Positions 8,102-17,226 of a stretch of DNA of 21,046 bases are shown piece by piece. Source of the DNA: Candidatus Krumholzibacteriota bacterium (GTDB lineage Bacteria > Krumholzibacteriota > Krumholzibacteriia > LZORAL124-64-63); the NCBI GenBank assembly GCA_039714075.1, contig JBDLKA010000060.1, positions 1 through 21,046 on the forward strand. Reading direction: 5' to 3'. The notes beneath the pieces are model-generated. The model searched no databases, was not told where the DNA came from, and saw only the letters and a program-made list of their open reading frames with translations. The position numbers and the translations under genes are program-made. The first letter of the stretch is position 1. Every line of letters begins with the position of its first letter.

Positions 8102-8130
8102 TTGCTGTAAAATGATATTACTGGTACATT
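8102..8130 (+). promoter_or_regulatory. Sigma70-type promoter for the efflux operon
   Basis: TTGCTG (8102-8107), 17-nt spacer, TACATT (8125-8130) preceded by an extended -10 TG. Confidence 0.5.
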
Positions 8131-8205
8131 TCCCTGGACTATCGCCGAGTCGGGGGACGCAACATCCATCACTTACAAATTCCCAACGGAAGATTGGTCT
8201 TCACC

Positions 8206-9666
8206 ATGATGACCCGAAAATTCCGATGGTCCGTTTCCAGGATCATTCCGGTGGTTTTTGGCGGAATGCTGCTTTTCCTTGCGGGCTGCAGCGTGGGGCC
8301 CGACTACGAGACTCCGGAGTTCGAGGCCGTGCCCGACGCCTGGCAGAATGCCGCCGCGGCGGATATCGCCGACTCGAGTTCCGTCCTCAGGGAATGGTGG
8401 ACCGCCTTCGGGGACACCCTGCTCGATACCCTGATGGTCAGGGCCCAGACGGCCAACCTGGACGCGGCCCAGGCCGTCGGCAGGATTCGTGAGGCGCGGG
8501 CCTATCATCAAATCGCCGGTGGTGACTACTATCCCCAGTTTGGCCTGAATGGATCCTTCACCAGGACCGAGGTGGGTGAGAACACGGCCCTCGGGGCCAT
8601 TGCCGAACTTGGCGACAATCCCGGCAACAACTGGGAATTCGGCCTGGGCGCCAGCTGGGAAATCGATGTTTTCGGTCGCGTGCGGCGCACCCGTGAAGCG
8701 ACCGGTGCACGGGTTCAGGCTTCGATCGAGGATTACCGCGACGTGCTGGTTTCCCTCCAGGCGGAAGTCGCCGTGACCTATATCGATATCCGGACCACCC
8801 AGTTGCGGCTGGAATTCGCCCGGGACAACGTGGACAGCCAGCGGGAGACGATGGATATCGTCATCGCCCGGGAGGACGCGGGTCTGGTGCCGCTTCTGGA
8901 CGTGACCCGCGCGCGGTCGAACCTGGCCAATACCGAAGCCGCCATTCCCCAGCTGGAAACGGCGCTCGAGGTCGCGCTCAACCGGCTGGCGATCCTGATG
9001 GGGCAGGTCCCCGGTTCGCTGGATGAATTGTTGGCCCCGTTCCAGGACGCTCCCGATCCGGCCCTCGAAGTGGCCGTGTCCTTGCCCGCGGAACTCCTGC
9101 GCCGCAGGCCGGATGTCAGGCGGAGCGAGAGGGAACTTGCCGCCCAGACCGCCCTCATCGGGGTGGCCACCGCCGACCTGTATCCCAGCTTTTCCCTGGC
9201 CGGGGTCATGACGCTCCAGGCCGGCGAGTTCGGTGAACTGGGCGAGAGCGGGCATTTTGGGTGGTCCCTGGTTCCCGGGGTGAAGTGGAACCTGTTTACC
9301 GGCGGCAAGATCCGTGGCCGGATCAAAGTCGAGGAAGCCAGGACCGAACAGCTTCTGGCGCGGTACGAAAAAACGGTCCTGAACGCCCTGGCCGAAGTGG
9401 AAAACACCCTGGTGGCGCTCAAGCAGGAAGAAATCCGCCGGGGTTTGCTGCAGACCGCCGTCGAATCCTCGCAACAGTCCGTGGAACTGGTCCACACGCA
9501 GTACGTCGAAGGGCTGACGGATTTCCAGAGTTACCTGGATGCCCAGCGGGTCCTGTTCTCGCAGCAGGATTCGTTCGCCGCCTCGCGAGGGCAGGTCTTC
9601 ACCAATCTCGTAAATTTGAATCGGGCTCTGGGCGGCGGCTGGTCGCTGGAAGAGGTCGACCGATGA
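8206..9666 (+). CDS. Efflux outer-membrane factor lipoprotein (NodT/OprM/TolC family)
   Basis: Lipobox FLAGCSVGPDY, WWTAFGD, ASWEIDVFGRVRR, LPAELLRRRPDVR, ADLYPSFSL, RALGGGW. ATG at 8206 chosen over TTG at 8194. Confidence 0.95.
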   Translation: MMTRKFRWSVSRIIPVVFGGMLLFLAGCSVGPDYETPEFEAVPDAWQNAAAADIADSSSVLREWWTAFGDTLLDTLMVRAQTANLDAAQAVGRIREARAYHQIAGGDYYPQFGLNGSFTRTEVGENTALGAIAELGDNPGNNWEFGLGASWEIDVFGRVRRTREATGARVQASIEDYRDVLVSLQAEVAVTYIDIRTTQLRLEFARDNVDSQRETMDIVIAREDAGLVPLLDVTRARSNLANTEAAIPQLETALEVALNRLAILMGQVPGSLDELLAPFQDAPDPALEVAVSLPAELLRRRPDVRRSERELAAQTALIGVATADLYPSFSLAGVMTLQAGEFGELGESGHFGWSLVPGVKWNLFTGGKIRGRIKVEEARTEQLLARYEKTVLNALAEVENTLVALKQEEIRRGLLQTAVESSQQSVELVHTQYVEGLTDFQSYLDAQRVLFSQQDSFAASRGQVFTNLVNLNRALGGGWSLEEVDR

Positions 9667-10886
9667 TGCACCAGGTTTTTTCCCGAAAGGATGAACGGAT
9701 GGGAACACCCGTTGGAAAGACCGCCGCCGCAAGGATCCTGCTGCCGGCCGGCCTCATGATTCTGGGCCTGGTCCTGGCCGGGTGCGGTGCCGAAGAGCAG
9801 CCCGCCCGTCAGGCGCCTCCGGTGACCGTCGGCAAGCCCACGGTCGCCACGGTGAGCAAGTACGCGATCTTCACCGGGTTCAGCCGGGCGGTGGAATCGG
9901 CTGACGTGATGGCCCGGGTCGCGGGCACCCTGGAAACGGTGGCGTTCGAACCCAGCAGCCCGGTCAAGGAGGGCGATCTGCTCTTCACCATCGAAAAGAC
10001 CAGGTACAAGGCCCTGCGTGACGCCGCCGAATCCGGCCGGCAATCGGCCGAGGCCGATCTTTTGCGTGCCGAGGCCGAGCTCAAGCGTGTCGAGAAGGCC
10101 AGTGAGAGCCGCGCCGTCAGCGAGATGGACGTGGACCGGGCGCGGGCCGACCGGGACATGGCCCGCGCCGCGGTCAGTTCGGCCAAGGCCAAACTGGCCG
10201 AGGCGGAACTGAATTACAGCTACACGGATGTTGTGGCGCCCATCGACGGCGTGGTGAGCCGGAATCTGGTGGACGCCGGGAACCTGGTCGGCCAGGCCGG
10301 GCCGACGAAGTTGACCCGGATCAACAAGCTGCAGCCCATCCATGTCTACTTTCATGCGCCCGAATCGATCGTCCTGCGTATCCTGGCGGAACGCTCCCGG
10401 GATCCATCCCGTGATTTCCAAAGTGAGGGCCACGGCGAGGCGAGGGTGGCCCTGGCCGACGAAACCGGGTATCCGCACCTCGGGAAGATCGACTTCATCG
10501 ACAACGAAGTGGACCCCACCACCGGGACGATCGAAATGCGAATGGTCCTGGAGAACGAAGACCTCAAGGTCTTTCCCGGCCTTTTCGTGAGGGTGAGGGT
10601 GACTGGAAAGGGAATTCCCGATGCCGTCCAGGTGCCCGAGGTGGCCGTCGGCTCGGATCTGGGGGGCAAGTACGTGCTCACGGTCGGGGAAAACAATGTC
10701 GTCGAGCAGAAATACGTGACACTCGGCGCTCCCCAGGAAGAGGGCCTGGTCCACGTCAGGGAAGGTCTCCAGGGTGACGAGACCATCATCGTCAACGGCC
10801 TGATGTTTGCGCGGCCCGGACTGCCGGTGACGCCGCTGACGCCCGAACAGTTCCAGGCCATGCAGCAGCAGGCCGCCGGGAAATAG
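9663..10886 (+). CDS. RND efflux periplasmic adaptor (membrane fusion protein)
   Basis: ATG overlaps the OMF stop (ATGA); alternative start at 9699. Lipobox VLAGC; ARVAG, VKEGDLLFTIE, YTDVVAPIDG, GNLV and IDNEVDPTTGT motifs. Confidence 0.93.
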   Translation: MMHQVFSRKDERMGTPVGKTAAARILLPAGLMILGLVLAGCGAEEQPARQAPPVTVGKPTVATVSKYAIFTGFSRAVESADVMARVAGTLETVAFEPSSPVKEGDLLFTIEKTRYKALRDAAESGRQSAEADLLRAEAELKRVEKASESRAVSEMDVDRARADRDMARAAVSSAKAKLAEAELNYSYTDVVAPIDGVVSRNLVDAGNLVGQAGPTKLTRINKLQPIHVYFHAPESIVLRILAERSRDPSRDFQSEGHGEARVALADETGYPHLGKIDFIDNEVDPTTGTIEMRMVLENEDLKVFPGLFVRVRVTGKGIPDAVQVPEVAVGSDLGGKYVLTVGENNVVEQKYVTLGAPQEEGLVHVREGLQGDETIIVNGLMFARPGLPVTPLTPEQFQAMQQQAAGK

Positions 10887-10910
10887 TCATTCTCAAGGGA
10901 GAATCCACGG

Positions 10911-13900
10911 ATGTTCAGCCGCATCTTCATCGAACGGCCCAAGTTCGCCCTGGTCATCTCGATCCTGATCGTGATCGTGGGCGGACTCGCCATTCCGCAG
11001 TTGCCCATCGAGTCCATGCCCGATATCACGCCGCCGACCATCAAGGTGTCGACCACCTACCCGGGGGCCGACGCCGGCACCGTACTCGAATCGGTGGCCG
11101 CGCCCATCGAGGAACAGGTCAACGGCGTGGAGAACATGATTTACATGGACTCCAAAAGCGATTCGGAGGGGCAGTTTGCATTGACGGTCAGCTTCGACAT
11201 CGGCACCGACGTGGACATGGCCCAGGTCATGACCAAGAACCGGGTGGCGGTGGCCGAGCCCCTGCTGCCGCAGGAAGTCATGCGTCAGGGCGTCAAGGTG
11301 GACAAGCAGTCCACGGCCATGGTCGAGGTTGTCAGTCTGCGTTCGCCGAACGGAACCTATGACGAACTCTTTCTCAGCAATTACATCGCCACACGAATCA
11401 AGGACCAGCTGGCCCGGGTGAACGGAGTGGGCAGCGTGGTCGTTTTCGGGGCCAAGGACTTCAGCATGCGCATCTGGCTGGATCCCCAGCTGATGAAGGC
11501 CCGCCAGGTAACCACGGATCAGGTCCTGAACGCGGTGCGTGCGCAGAACGTCTCGGTGGCTGCCGGTACCATCGGTTCACAACCCAATCCGGGTGATCTG
11601 CCTTTCCAGTACAACATCATCACCAAGGGACGCCTGGTTACCGAAGAAGAGTTCGGCGCCATTGTGGTCAAGGCCGGCGAGAGCGGGGACATCCTCTACC
11701 TGCGCGACGTGGCCAGGATTGAACTGGGGGCGCTGGCCTATTCCTGGTACGCGGAGCACAGCGGCAGTCCCGCCATCGCCATGGGCATATACCAGTTGCC
11801 CGGCTCGAACGCCCTGGGTGTGGCCCAGGGCGTGGCCGACGTCATGGATGAACTGGCCAAGGATTTTCCCGCCGATCTCGAGTATGACATTCTCTACGAC
11901 GCCACCGAATACATCACTGCTTCCATCGACGAGGTGATCGAGACCCTCATCGTCGCCATCCTGCTGGTGATCTTCGTGGTGTGGGTTTTCCTGCAGGACT
12001 GGCGGACGACCCTGATTCCCGCCATCACGATTCCGGTGTCGTTGATCGGGACGTTCGCCGTGCTGCTGGCGTTGGGGATGTCCATCAACAACCTCACGCT
12101 CTTCGGGCTGATTCTGGTGATCGGCATCGTGGTAGACGACGCCATCCTGGTGACCGAGAACACCGTCCGGCTGATGACCGAGAAAGGCTGGGGCGCACGG
12201 CGCGCGGTCACCGAGGGCATGGGGGAGGTCACCGGACCGGTGATCGCCTCGACCGCCGTGCTGCTGGCCGTGTTCGTGCCCACCCTGATGATGCCCGGCC
12301 TGACCGGGCTGCTCTATCGCCAGTTCGCGATCACCATTTCGATCGCCACCGTCTTTTCCTCGATCAACGCCCTGACCCTGAGCCCCGCCCTGTGTCGCCT
12401 GCTTCTCAAGCCGGTCGACCCGAACAAGAAGAAGTGGTTTTTCTTCCGCAAGTTCGACGAATTCTTCGAGCGCAGCACCAAAGGCTACCAGGGAGCTGTC
12501 GGCGGACTTCTCCGCAAGTCGGGACTCTCGATGATGATCTTTGCCGGACTGATGGTCCTGGCCTGGATCGGGGTCACCAGTGTTCCGGGCGGCTTCCTGC
12601 CCGATGAGGACCAGGGCTACTTCTTCATCAATGCCTCGCTGCCGGACGGCTCATCCCTGGACCGCACGCACGAGGTGACGGACAAGATCAACGCGATCCT
12701 GTCCGAGACCGAAGGTGTGGCGAAGTTCCTGACTGTCGGAGGATACTCGCTTCTGGACGGGGTGCAGTCGCCCAACGCGGCCATGTACATCGTCACGCTG
12801 GACAACTGGAGTGACCGTCCCGAAAAAGAGCTGTGGCTCGGGAGCATTATCCGCAAGGTTCAGCCCCAACTGTTCGGGATCCAGGAGGCCTTTTCCTTCT
12901 GCTTCATCCCGCCGCCCATCATGGGCCTGGGCTCGGCCGGCGGTTTCTCCTTCGAATTGCAGGACCGAGGGGGCGCGGGCGTGATGCAGCTGCAGCGTGC
13001 CGCCCAGGATTTGACCACCGCCGCCAGTGCCGGCGGAAAGTTGACGCGGATGAACCAGAATCTCCGGGCCACCGTTCCCATGCTTTACCTGCAGATCGAC
13101 CGGGTCAAGGCACAAGCCTACCATATCAGCATGAACGAGCTGTTCGGGAGCCTTTCGACCTTCCTGGGGACGCGTTACGTAAATGATTTCAACCTGTTCG
13201 GCCGCACCTGGAAGGTCATGGCCCAGGCCAAGGATCAGCACCGGTCCGAACCCAGCGACATCGAGCGGCTCGAGGTGCGCAATCAAAAGGGGAACATGAT
13301 CCCCCTGGGCTCGTTTGCCGCCGTGCGTGACACGGTCGGTCCCCTGTTCATTGGCCGGTTCAACATGTACCCCAAGGCGCAGATCACCGGGGCGGGACTG
13401 CCGGGTGTGTCCAGTGGTGAGCAGATTGCCGAAATGGAAAGGCTGGCCAAGGAAATCCTGCCGCCAACCATGGGCTTCGAGTGGTCGGGAGTGACCTACC
13501 AGCAGCTGGCCGCCGGCAACCTGGCGCCGTTCATCTTCGGACTGGCCTTCGTTTTCGTGTACCTGTTCCTGGTGGCCCAGTACGAAAGCTGGATGATACC
13601 CCTGGCGGTCCTGCTGGGGGTTCCCGTTGCCATCATGGGCGCCATGTGGCTAACTAAAGCCTTCGGGCTCGACAACAACGTATACACCCAGGTCGGGTTG
13701 GTACTCCTGATCGGGCTGGTAGCCAAGACCGCCATCCTGATCGTGGAGTTCGCCAAGGTGAATCGCGAGAGCGGGCTGGAGATTTACGATGCCTCGCTCA
13801 AGGCCGCGGTGCTGCGTTTCCGCGCCATCCTGATGACGGCCTTCTCGTTCATCCTGGGCGTTATTCCTCTTGTTCTGGCATCGGGAGCCGGTGCGGCCAG

Positions 13901-14102
13901 CCGCGTCTCACTGGGTTCGGCGGTATTCGGTGGCATGATTGTGGGCACCCTCGGCATGGTTATGCTGACGCCGGTCTATTATCTGGTCATCCAGGGCATC
14001 GCCGAAAAATTCGGCGGTCCACCGGAGTTCAAGGCCTTGCCTGAAGAGGTTGGCGACGCGGGCACTTTGGAAGGCGGTCCGACCGAAGAGCCTTCCGCCT
14101 GA
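10911..14102 (+). CDS. RND efflux permease, HAE1 (AcrB/MexB-like) family
   Basis: 1063 aa; MFSRIFIERPKFA start, AAPIEEQVNGVENM, SMRIWLDP. Proton-relay motifs GIVVDDAI, GLVAKTAILIVEFA and RFRAILMT are intact. Confidence 0.97.
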   Translation: MFSRIFIERPKFALVISILIVIVGGLAIPQLPIESMPDITPPTIKVSTTYPGADAGTVLESVAAPIEEQVNGVENMIYMDSKSDSEGQFALTVSFDIGTDVDMAQVMTKNRVAVAEPLLPQEVMRQGVKVDKQSTAMVEVVSLRSPNGTYDELFLSNYIATRIKDQLARVNGVGSVVVFGAKDFSMRIWLDPQLMKARQVTTDQVLNAVRAQNVSVAAGTIGSQPNPGDLPFQYNIITKGRLVTEEEFGAIVVKAGESGDILYLRDVARIELGALAYSWYAEHSGSPAIAMGIYQLPGSNALGVAQGVADVMDELAKDFPADLEYDILYDATEYITASIDEVIETLIVAILLVIFVVWVFLQDWRTTLIPAITIPVSLIGTFAVLLALGMSINNLTLFGLILVIGIVVDDAILVTENTVRLMTEKGWGARRAVTEGMGEVTGPVIASTAVLLAVFVPTLMMPGLTGLLYRQFAITISIATVFSSINALTLSPALCRLLLKPVDPNKKKWFFFRKFDEFFERSTKGYQGAVGGLLRKSGLSMMIFAGLMVLAWIGVTSVPGGFLPDEDQGYFFINASLPDGSSLDRTHEVTDKINAILSETEGVAKFLTVGGYSLLDGVQSPNAAMYIVTLDNWSDRPEKELWLGSIIRKVQPQLFGIQEAFSFCFIPPPIMGLGSAGGFSFELQDRGGAGVMQLQRAAQDLTTAASAGGKLTRMNQNLRATVPMLYLQIDRVKAQAYHISMNELFGSLSTFLGTRYVNDFNLFGRTWKVMAQAKDQHRSEPSDIERLEVRNQKGNMIPLGSFAAVRDTVGPLFIGRFNMYPKAQITGAGLPGVSSGEQIAEMERLAKEILPPTMGFEWSGVTYQQLAAGNLAPFIFGLAFVFVYLFLVAQYESWMIPLAVLLGVPVAIMGAMWLTKAFGLDNNVYTQVGLVLLIGLVAKTAILIVEFAKVNRESGLEIYDASLKAAVLRFRAILMTAFSFILGVIPLVLASGAGAASRVSLGSAVFGGMIVGTLGMVMLTPVYYLVIQGIAEKFGGPPEFKALPEEVGDAGTLEGGPTEEPSA

Positions 14103-14118
14103 TAATCTTTCCATCCCG

Positions 14119-14147
14119 GGGCCCCGGCGCAATAACCGGGGTCCTTT
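14119..14147 (+). terminator. GC-rich hairpin after the RND gene (weak terminator or mRNA-stabilising stem)
   Basis: GGGCCCCGG / CCGGGGTCC 9-bp stem with one G-U pair, 8-nt loop, followed by only TTT. Confidence 0.35.
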
Positions 14148-14159
14148 CGGGGGTTTTCC

Positions 14160-15428
14160 ATGTCTCTGTTCGATATCATCGCCGTCCTGATGACTCTGGC
14201 CGCCCTGTTCGGCTACATCAACCACCGCTGGCTTAAACTGGAGCCCACCGTCGGCCTGCTGATGATCAGCCTGGCCAGTTCCCTGGGCATCATGGGGCTG
14301 CACTGGATTTTTCCCCACCTGGAAATCGTCAACCAGATCCAGCAGGTGGTCGGCGGCATCGATTTCAACGAAGCCCTGATGCACGGCATGCTCGGCTTCC
14401 TGCTGTTTGCCGGCGCCCTGCACGTGGACCTGGAGTACTTCGTGCGGCGCAAGGGGACCATCGCTTCGTTGGCCACGGTCGGGCTGCTGACCTCGACTTT
14501 CCTGGTGGGCTGGCTGAGCTGGCTGCTGTTCAACGGGCTGGGCATGGAGATCTCGTTCCTGGCCTGCCTGGTGTTCGGCTCGTTGATTTCCCCCACCGAT
14601 CCCATCGCCGTCATGGGGACCTTGAAGACCCTGCAGGCGCCCAAGGACCTGGAAGCCAACATCGCCGGCGAATCCCTGTTCAACGACGGGGTCGCCGTCG
14701 TCGTGTTCACCGGTCTGGTAACACTGCTCGCGGCGCAGACCGGCCACGGCGGAGGCCACGGGGGCCACGGCGGAGAGTTCGGCGCCTCACAACTGGCGGT
14801 CTTCTTCCTGCGGGAGGCCGGCGGCGGATCGGTGCTGGGCCTGGTGTGCGGGTACGTGGCTTACCGGCTGATGCTCAGCATCGACGACTACAAGGTCGAG
14901 GTCATGCTGACCCTGGCCCTGGTCATGGGCAGTTACAGCCTGGCCTGGGCCCTGCACGTGTCCGGCCCCATCGCCGTGGTGGTGGCCGGCATCCTGATCG
15001 GCAACCGCGGCCGCGCCTTCGCCATGAGCGAGGAAGTGGCCGACTATCTGGAAAAGTTCTGGGAGCTGCTGGACGAGATCCTCAACGCTCTTTTGTTCAT
15101 GCTGATCGGCGTCGAAGTGCTGGTGGTGGCGTTCAGCGGGCGCGGGTTGCTGGCCGGATTGGTCGTCATCTTCATCGTTCTGCTGGCGCGGTTCGTGAGC
15201 GTGCTGGTGCCGATCAAGATCATCGGACTGCGGTCCCAGTTTCCTCCGGGAGTCGTCCGCATCCTGACCTGGGCGGGATTGCGCGGGGGCATTTCCGTGG
15301 CCCTGGCTCTATCGCTGCCACCGAGTCCGGAGAAGAACATCATCCTGACCAGCACCTACATGGTGGTACTGTTTTCCATCATGGTCCAGGGGATGACGGT
15401 CAAAAAGGTTCTGCGGAAATTTTTGTAG
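14160..15428 (+). CDS. nhaP: Na+/H+ antiporter, CPA1 (NhaP-type)
   Basis: Highly hydrophobic, with LLFAGALH, ISPTDPIAV, GESLFNDG and GLRGGISVALALSLP signature motifs. Confidence 0.92.
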   Translation: MSLFDIIAVLMTLAALFGYINHRWLKLEPTVGLLMISLASSLGIMGLHWIFPHLEIVNQIQQVVGGIDFNEALMHGMLGFLLFAGALHVDLEYFVRRKGTIASLATVGLLTSTFLVGWLSWLLFNGLGMEISFLACLVFGSLISPTDPIAVMGTLKTLQAPKDLEANIAGESLFNDGVAVVVFTGLVTLLAAQTGHGGGHGGHGGEFGASQLAVFFLREAGGGSVLGLVCGYVAYRLMLSIDDYKVEVMLTLALVMGSYSLAWALHVSGPIAVVVAGILIGNRGRAFAMSEEVADYLEKFWELLDEILNALLFMLIGVEVLVVAFSGRGLLAGLVVIFIVLLARFVSVLVPIKIIGLRSQFPPGVVRILTWAGLRGGISVALALSLPPSPEKNIILTSTYMVVLFSIMVQGMTVKKVLRKFL

Positions 15429-15434
15429 CAGGGA

Positions 15435-15944
15435 TTATTTCTCCAGCATGTCGATGTAGGCTCCGCGCACCAGGTCGGCCGGCGTGACTCCCAGTTTTTC
15501 CATCAGATCGGCGGCTTCGGTTTCGCCTTCCCGCGGGTCGTCCCCGTCCTTGAGGACCACTTCCAGTTCCATGAACGAGCCCAGACCCTCCACTTCATCA
15601 AGGTGGATGCGGGTTCGGCCGGCCAGCAGCAGCAGTCTTGTTTTTCGGACCACGCCCCGGACGGGCAGGGCGGCGGCCAGGGTGTCCCGCAGGGCACCGG
15701 CGTCAGGGGTGGGCGCCAGGGAGTAGCTGGAGGTTTTGGGACCCTCGGCATCGGGCCGGTGGTAGGAGATCAGCTCGCCGGTTCCGTCGGCGAACTCGCG
15801 GATCTTGAGGCGCCCTGTTTCCACGTTGAAGAAAGTGTCGGTCTGCAGGATGGTTTCCGGTTCGGTATCCGTCAGTTTTTCGGCTTTGGCCAGGAGGGAT
15901 TCGGGATCGGCAACCCGGGCTTTGATTTCGATGTTGGCGGGCAT
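15435..15944 (-). CDS. cyaB: CYTH-domain protein (class IV adenylate cyclase / triphosphate tunnel metalloenzyme family)
   Basis: NIEIKAR, QTDTFF, GRLKIRE, VRKTR and RIHLDEVEGLGSFMELEVV motifs. Cyclase versus triphosphatase activity cannot be decided from sequence. Confidence 0.85.
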   Translation of the reverse strand: MPANIEIKARVADPESLLAKAEKLTDTEPETILQTDTFFNVETGRLKIREFADGTGELISYHRPDAEGPKTSSYSLAPTPDAGALRDTLAAALPVRGVVRKTRLLLLAGRTRIHLDEVEGLGSFMELEVVLKDGDDPREGETEAADLMEKLGVTPADLVRGAYIDMLEK

Positions 15945-16058
15945 GAAACGACCTTTTCAACGGTGTTGGAATTCGGAACAATTCACCGGGAAAAATTCCC
16001 AGGCAGGCAGTAGTATACATGCCGAACGCGGACAGTTGAACCGGAGGGATATCCTGAT

Positions 16059-16805
16059 TTGAAAACCTTTCCCTGCTGCCTTGGCCTTTTGTTGAATATT
16101 GTGCTGATGAGCTGGACTTCAGGCCCAGCAGGCGCGGAAACCCGCACCGAAGAAGATGTCAGCCTGGGTCATTTTCCCGGCGCGGTGTGGAACGACATCA
16201 CTGCGTTGCCCACCTGGGAAAACACCTGGTGGCTGCTGGGCGGGACCGCCCTGACTGTCGGCGTCTATCAGTTCGAGGATCCTGAGGGTGTTTCCGCAGC
16301 CCTGAACAAGGGGGCCTGGGACAGTCTGTCGGATTTCGGGAATATCTGGGGAGACATGCGGGTGCAGGCGCCTCTGGCCCTGGGAACCTGGGGTATCGGG
16401 AGTTGGGCCGACAGTGACGAGGTGGCGGGATTCGGCTTCGATCTTTCCCGGGGGTTGCTGCTGACCTACGCGACGACCAGCATCATCAAGGCGGCGGTCA
16501 ACCGCACACGGCCCAACGGCGAGGACTACTCCTTCCCCTCGGGGCATACCGCGGCGGCTTTTACCACTGCCGGAGTTGTTACGCAGCGTTACGGGGGTTG
16601 GCTTGGGGGAGTGTCTCTGGGGCTGGGGGTTCTGACCGCCATGGGGCGGATGGAAGACGTGAAACATTACGCTTCGGACGTGGCGGCGGGGGCGACCATC
16701 GGGTGGATTATTGGGCGGACGGTGGCGCGGGGGGAGCCTGGGGATGAAACGGCGTGGCGGGTGGTTCCCTTTGGGAACGGGTTGGCGATGATGAAAAGGT
16801 TTTAG
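16059..16805 (+). CDS. PAP2-family phosphatase with N-terminal signal peptide
   Basis: K-x6-RP (KAAVNRTRP), PSGH and R-x5-H-x3-D (RMEDVKHYASD) motifs; TTG start with GGAGG upstream. Confidence 0.92.
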   Translation: MKTFPCCLGLLLNIVLMSWTSGPAGAETRTEEDVSLGHFPGAVWNDITALPTWENTWWLLGGTALTVGVYQFEDPEGVSAALNKGAWDSLSDFGNIWGDMRVQAPLALGTWGIGSWADSDEVAGFGFDLSRGLLLTYATTSIIKAAVNRTRPNGEDYSFPSGHTAAAFTTAGVVTQRYGGWLGGVSLGLGVLTAMGRMEDVKHYASDVAAGATIGWIIGRTVARGEPGDETAWRVVPFGNGLAMMKRF

Positions 16806-16874
16806 TTTAACCCGTTATGGAGGGGCGGTCCCTGGATGGGATGTCCGTCCAGATCGACTTCAAGTCCACGGCGA

Positions 16875-16898
16875 AAAGCGCCCCCCGGGGGGCGCTTT
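16875..16898. repeat. Perfect 24-bp palindrome (copy 1)
   Basis: AAAGCGCCCCCC|GGGGGGCGCTTT. Confidence 0.9.
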
Positions 16899-17011
16899 AT
16901 GACAATATATATGGTGTCAATTGAGGAAATTCGACCATAAATATACTGTCAATCACGTAGCTGCGGGCCGAGAGAATCCTTAATATATTGAAAACAAATA
17001 AATTAACTCAA

Positions 17012-17035
17012 AAAAGTGCCCCCGGGGACACTTTT
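17012..17035. repeat. Near-perfect 24-bp palindrome (copy 2, related to copy 1)
   Basis: AAAAGTGCCCCC|GGGGACACTTTT, with one mismatch. Confidence 0.9.
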
Positions 17036-17194
17036 GAAAAAAACAATCACTTGGTAACAAATGGTTTAATAATCTGAGAGCCCACCAGGAACCTCCAATA
17101 TGGCAAAGGCCCCAAAGGCGGAATGGCAGGGGCGAGATAACCGGCCAACCGAACTTCCAGTGCCACCACAATGGTGGTCTTCCGGGGCGCTCAG

Positions 17195-17226
17195 AAAAAA
17201 GGCGCCGCTCCTTCCGAAGCGGCGCC
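17195..17226 (-). terminator. Intrinsic terminator of the peptidase/tricorn operon
   Basis: On the minus strand: GGCGCCGCTTC-GGAA-GGAGCGGCGCC-TTTTTT (11-bp stem with one G-U pair, GNRA loop, U6), 23 nt after the stop codon. Confidence 0.9.

Noticed and set aside
9261..9662. N-terminal extension of the adaptor ORF (possible overlap or fusion)
   Set aside because: It lies out of frame inside the OMF gene; the signal peptide and lipobox begin after 9663.
8173..9732. 519-aa minus-strand ORF, and similar ones at 9531-10754 and 2903-3844
   Set aside because: These are antisense shadows of well-supported genes, with no motifs.
16875..17035. Palindromes as a degenerate CRISPR array
   Set aside because: There are only two non-identical copies, the 137-bp period is too long, and no cas genes are present.
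16900..17075. AT-rich tract as oriC
   Set aside because: I found no DnaA boxes (TTATCCACA-like), and the neighbours are not origin-associated genes.
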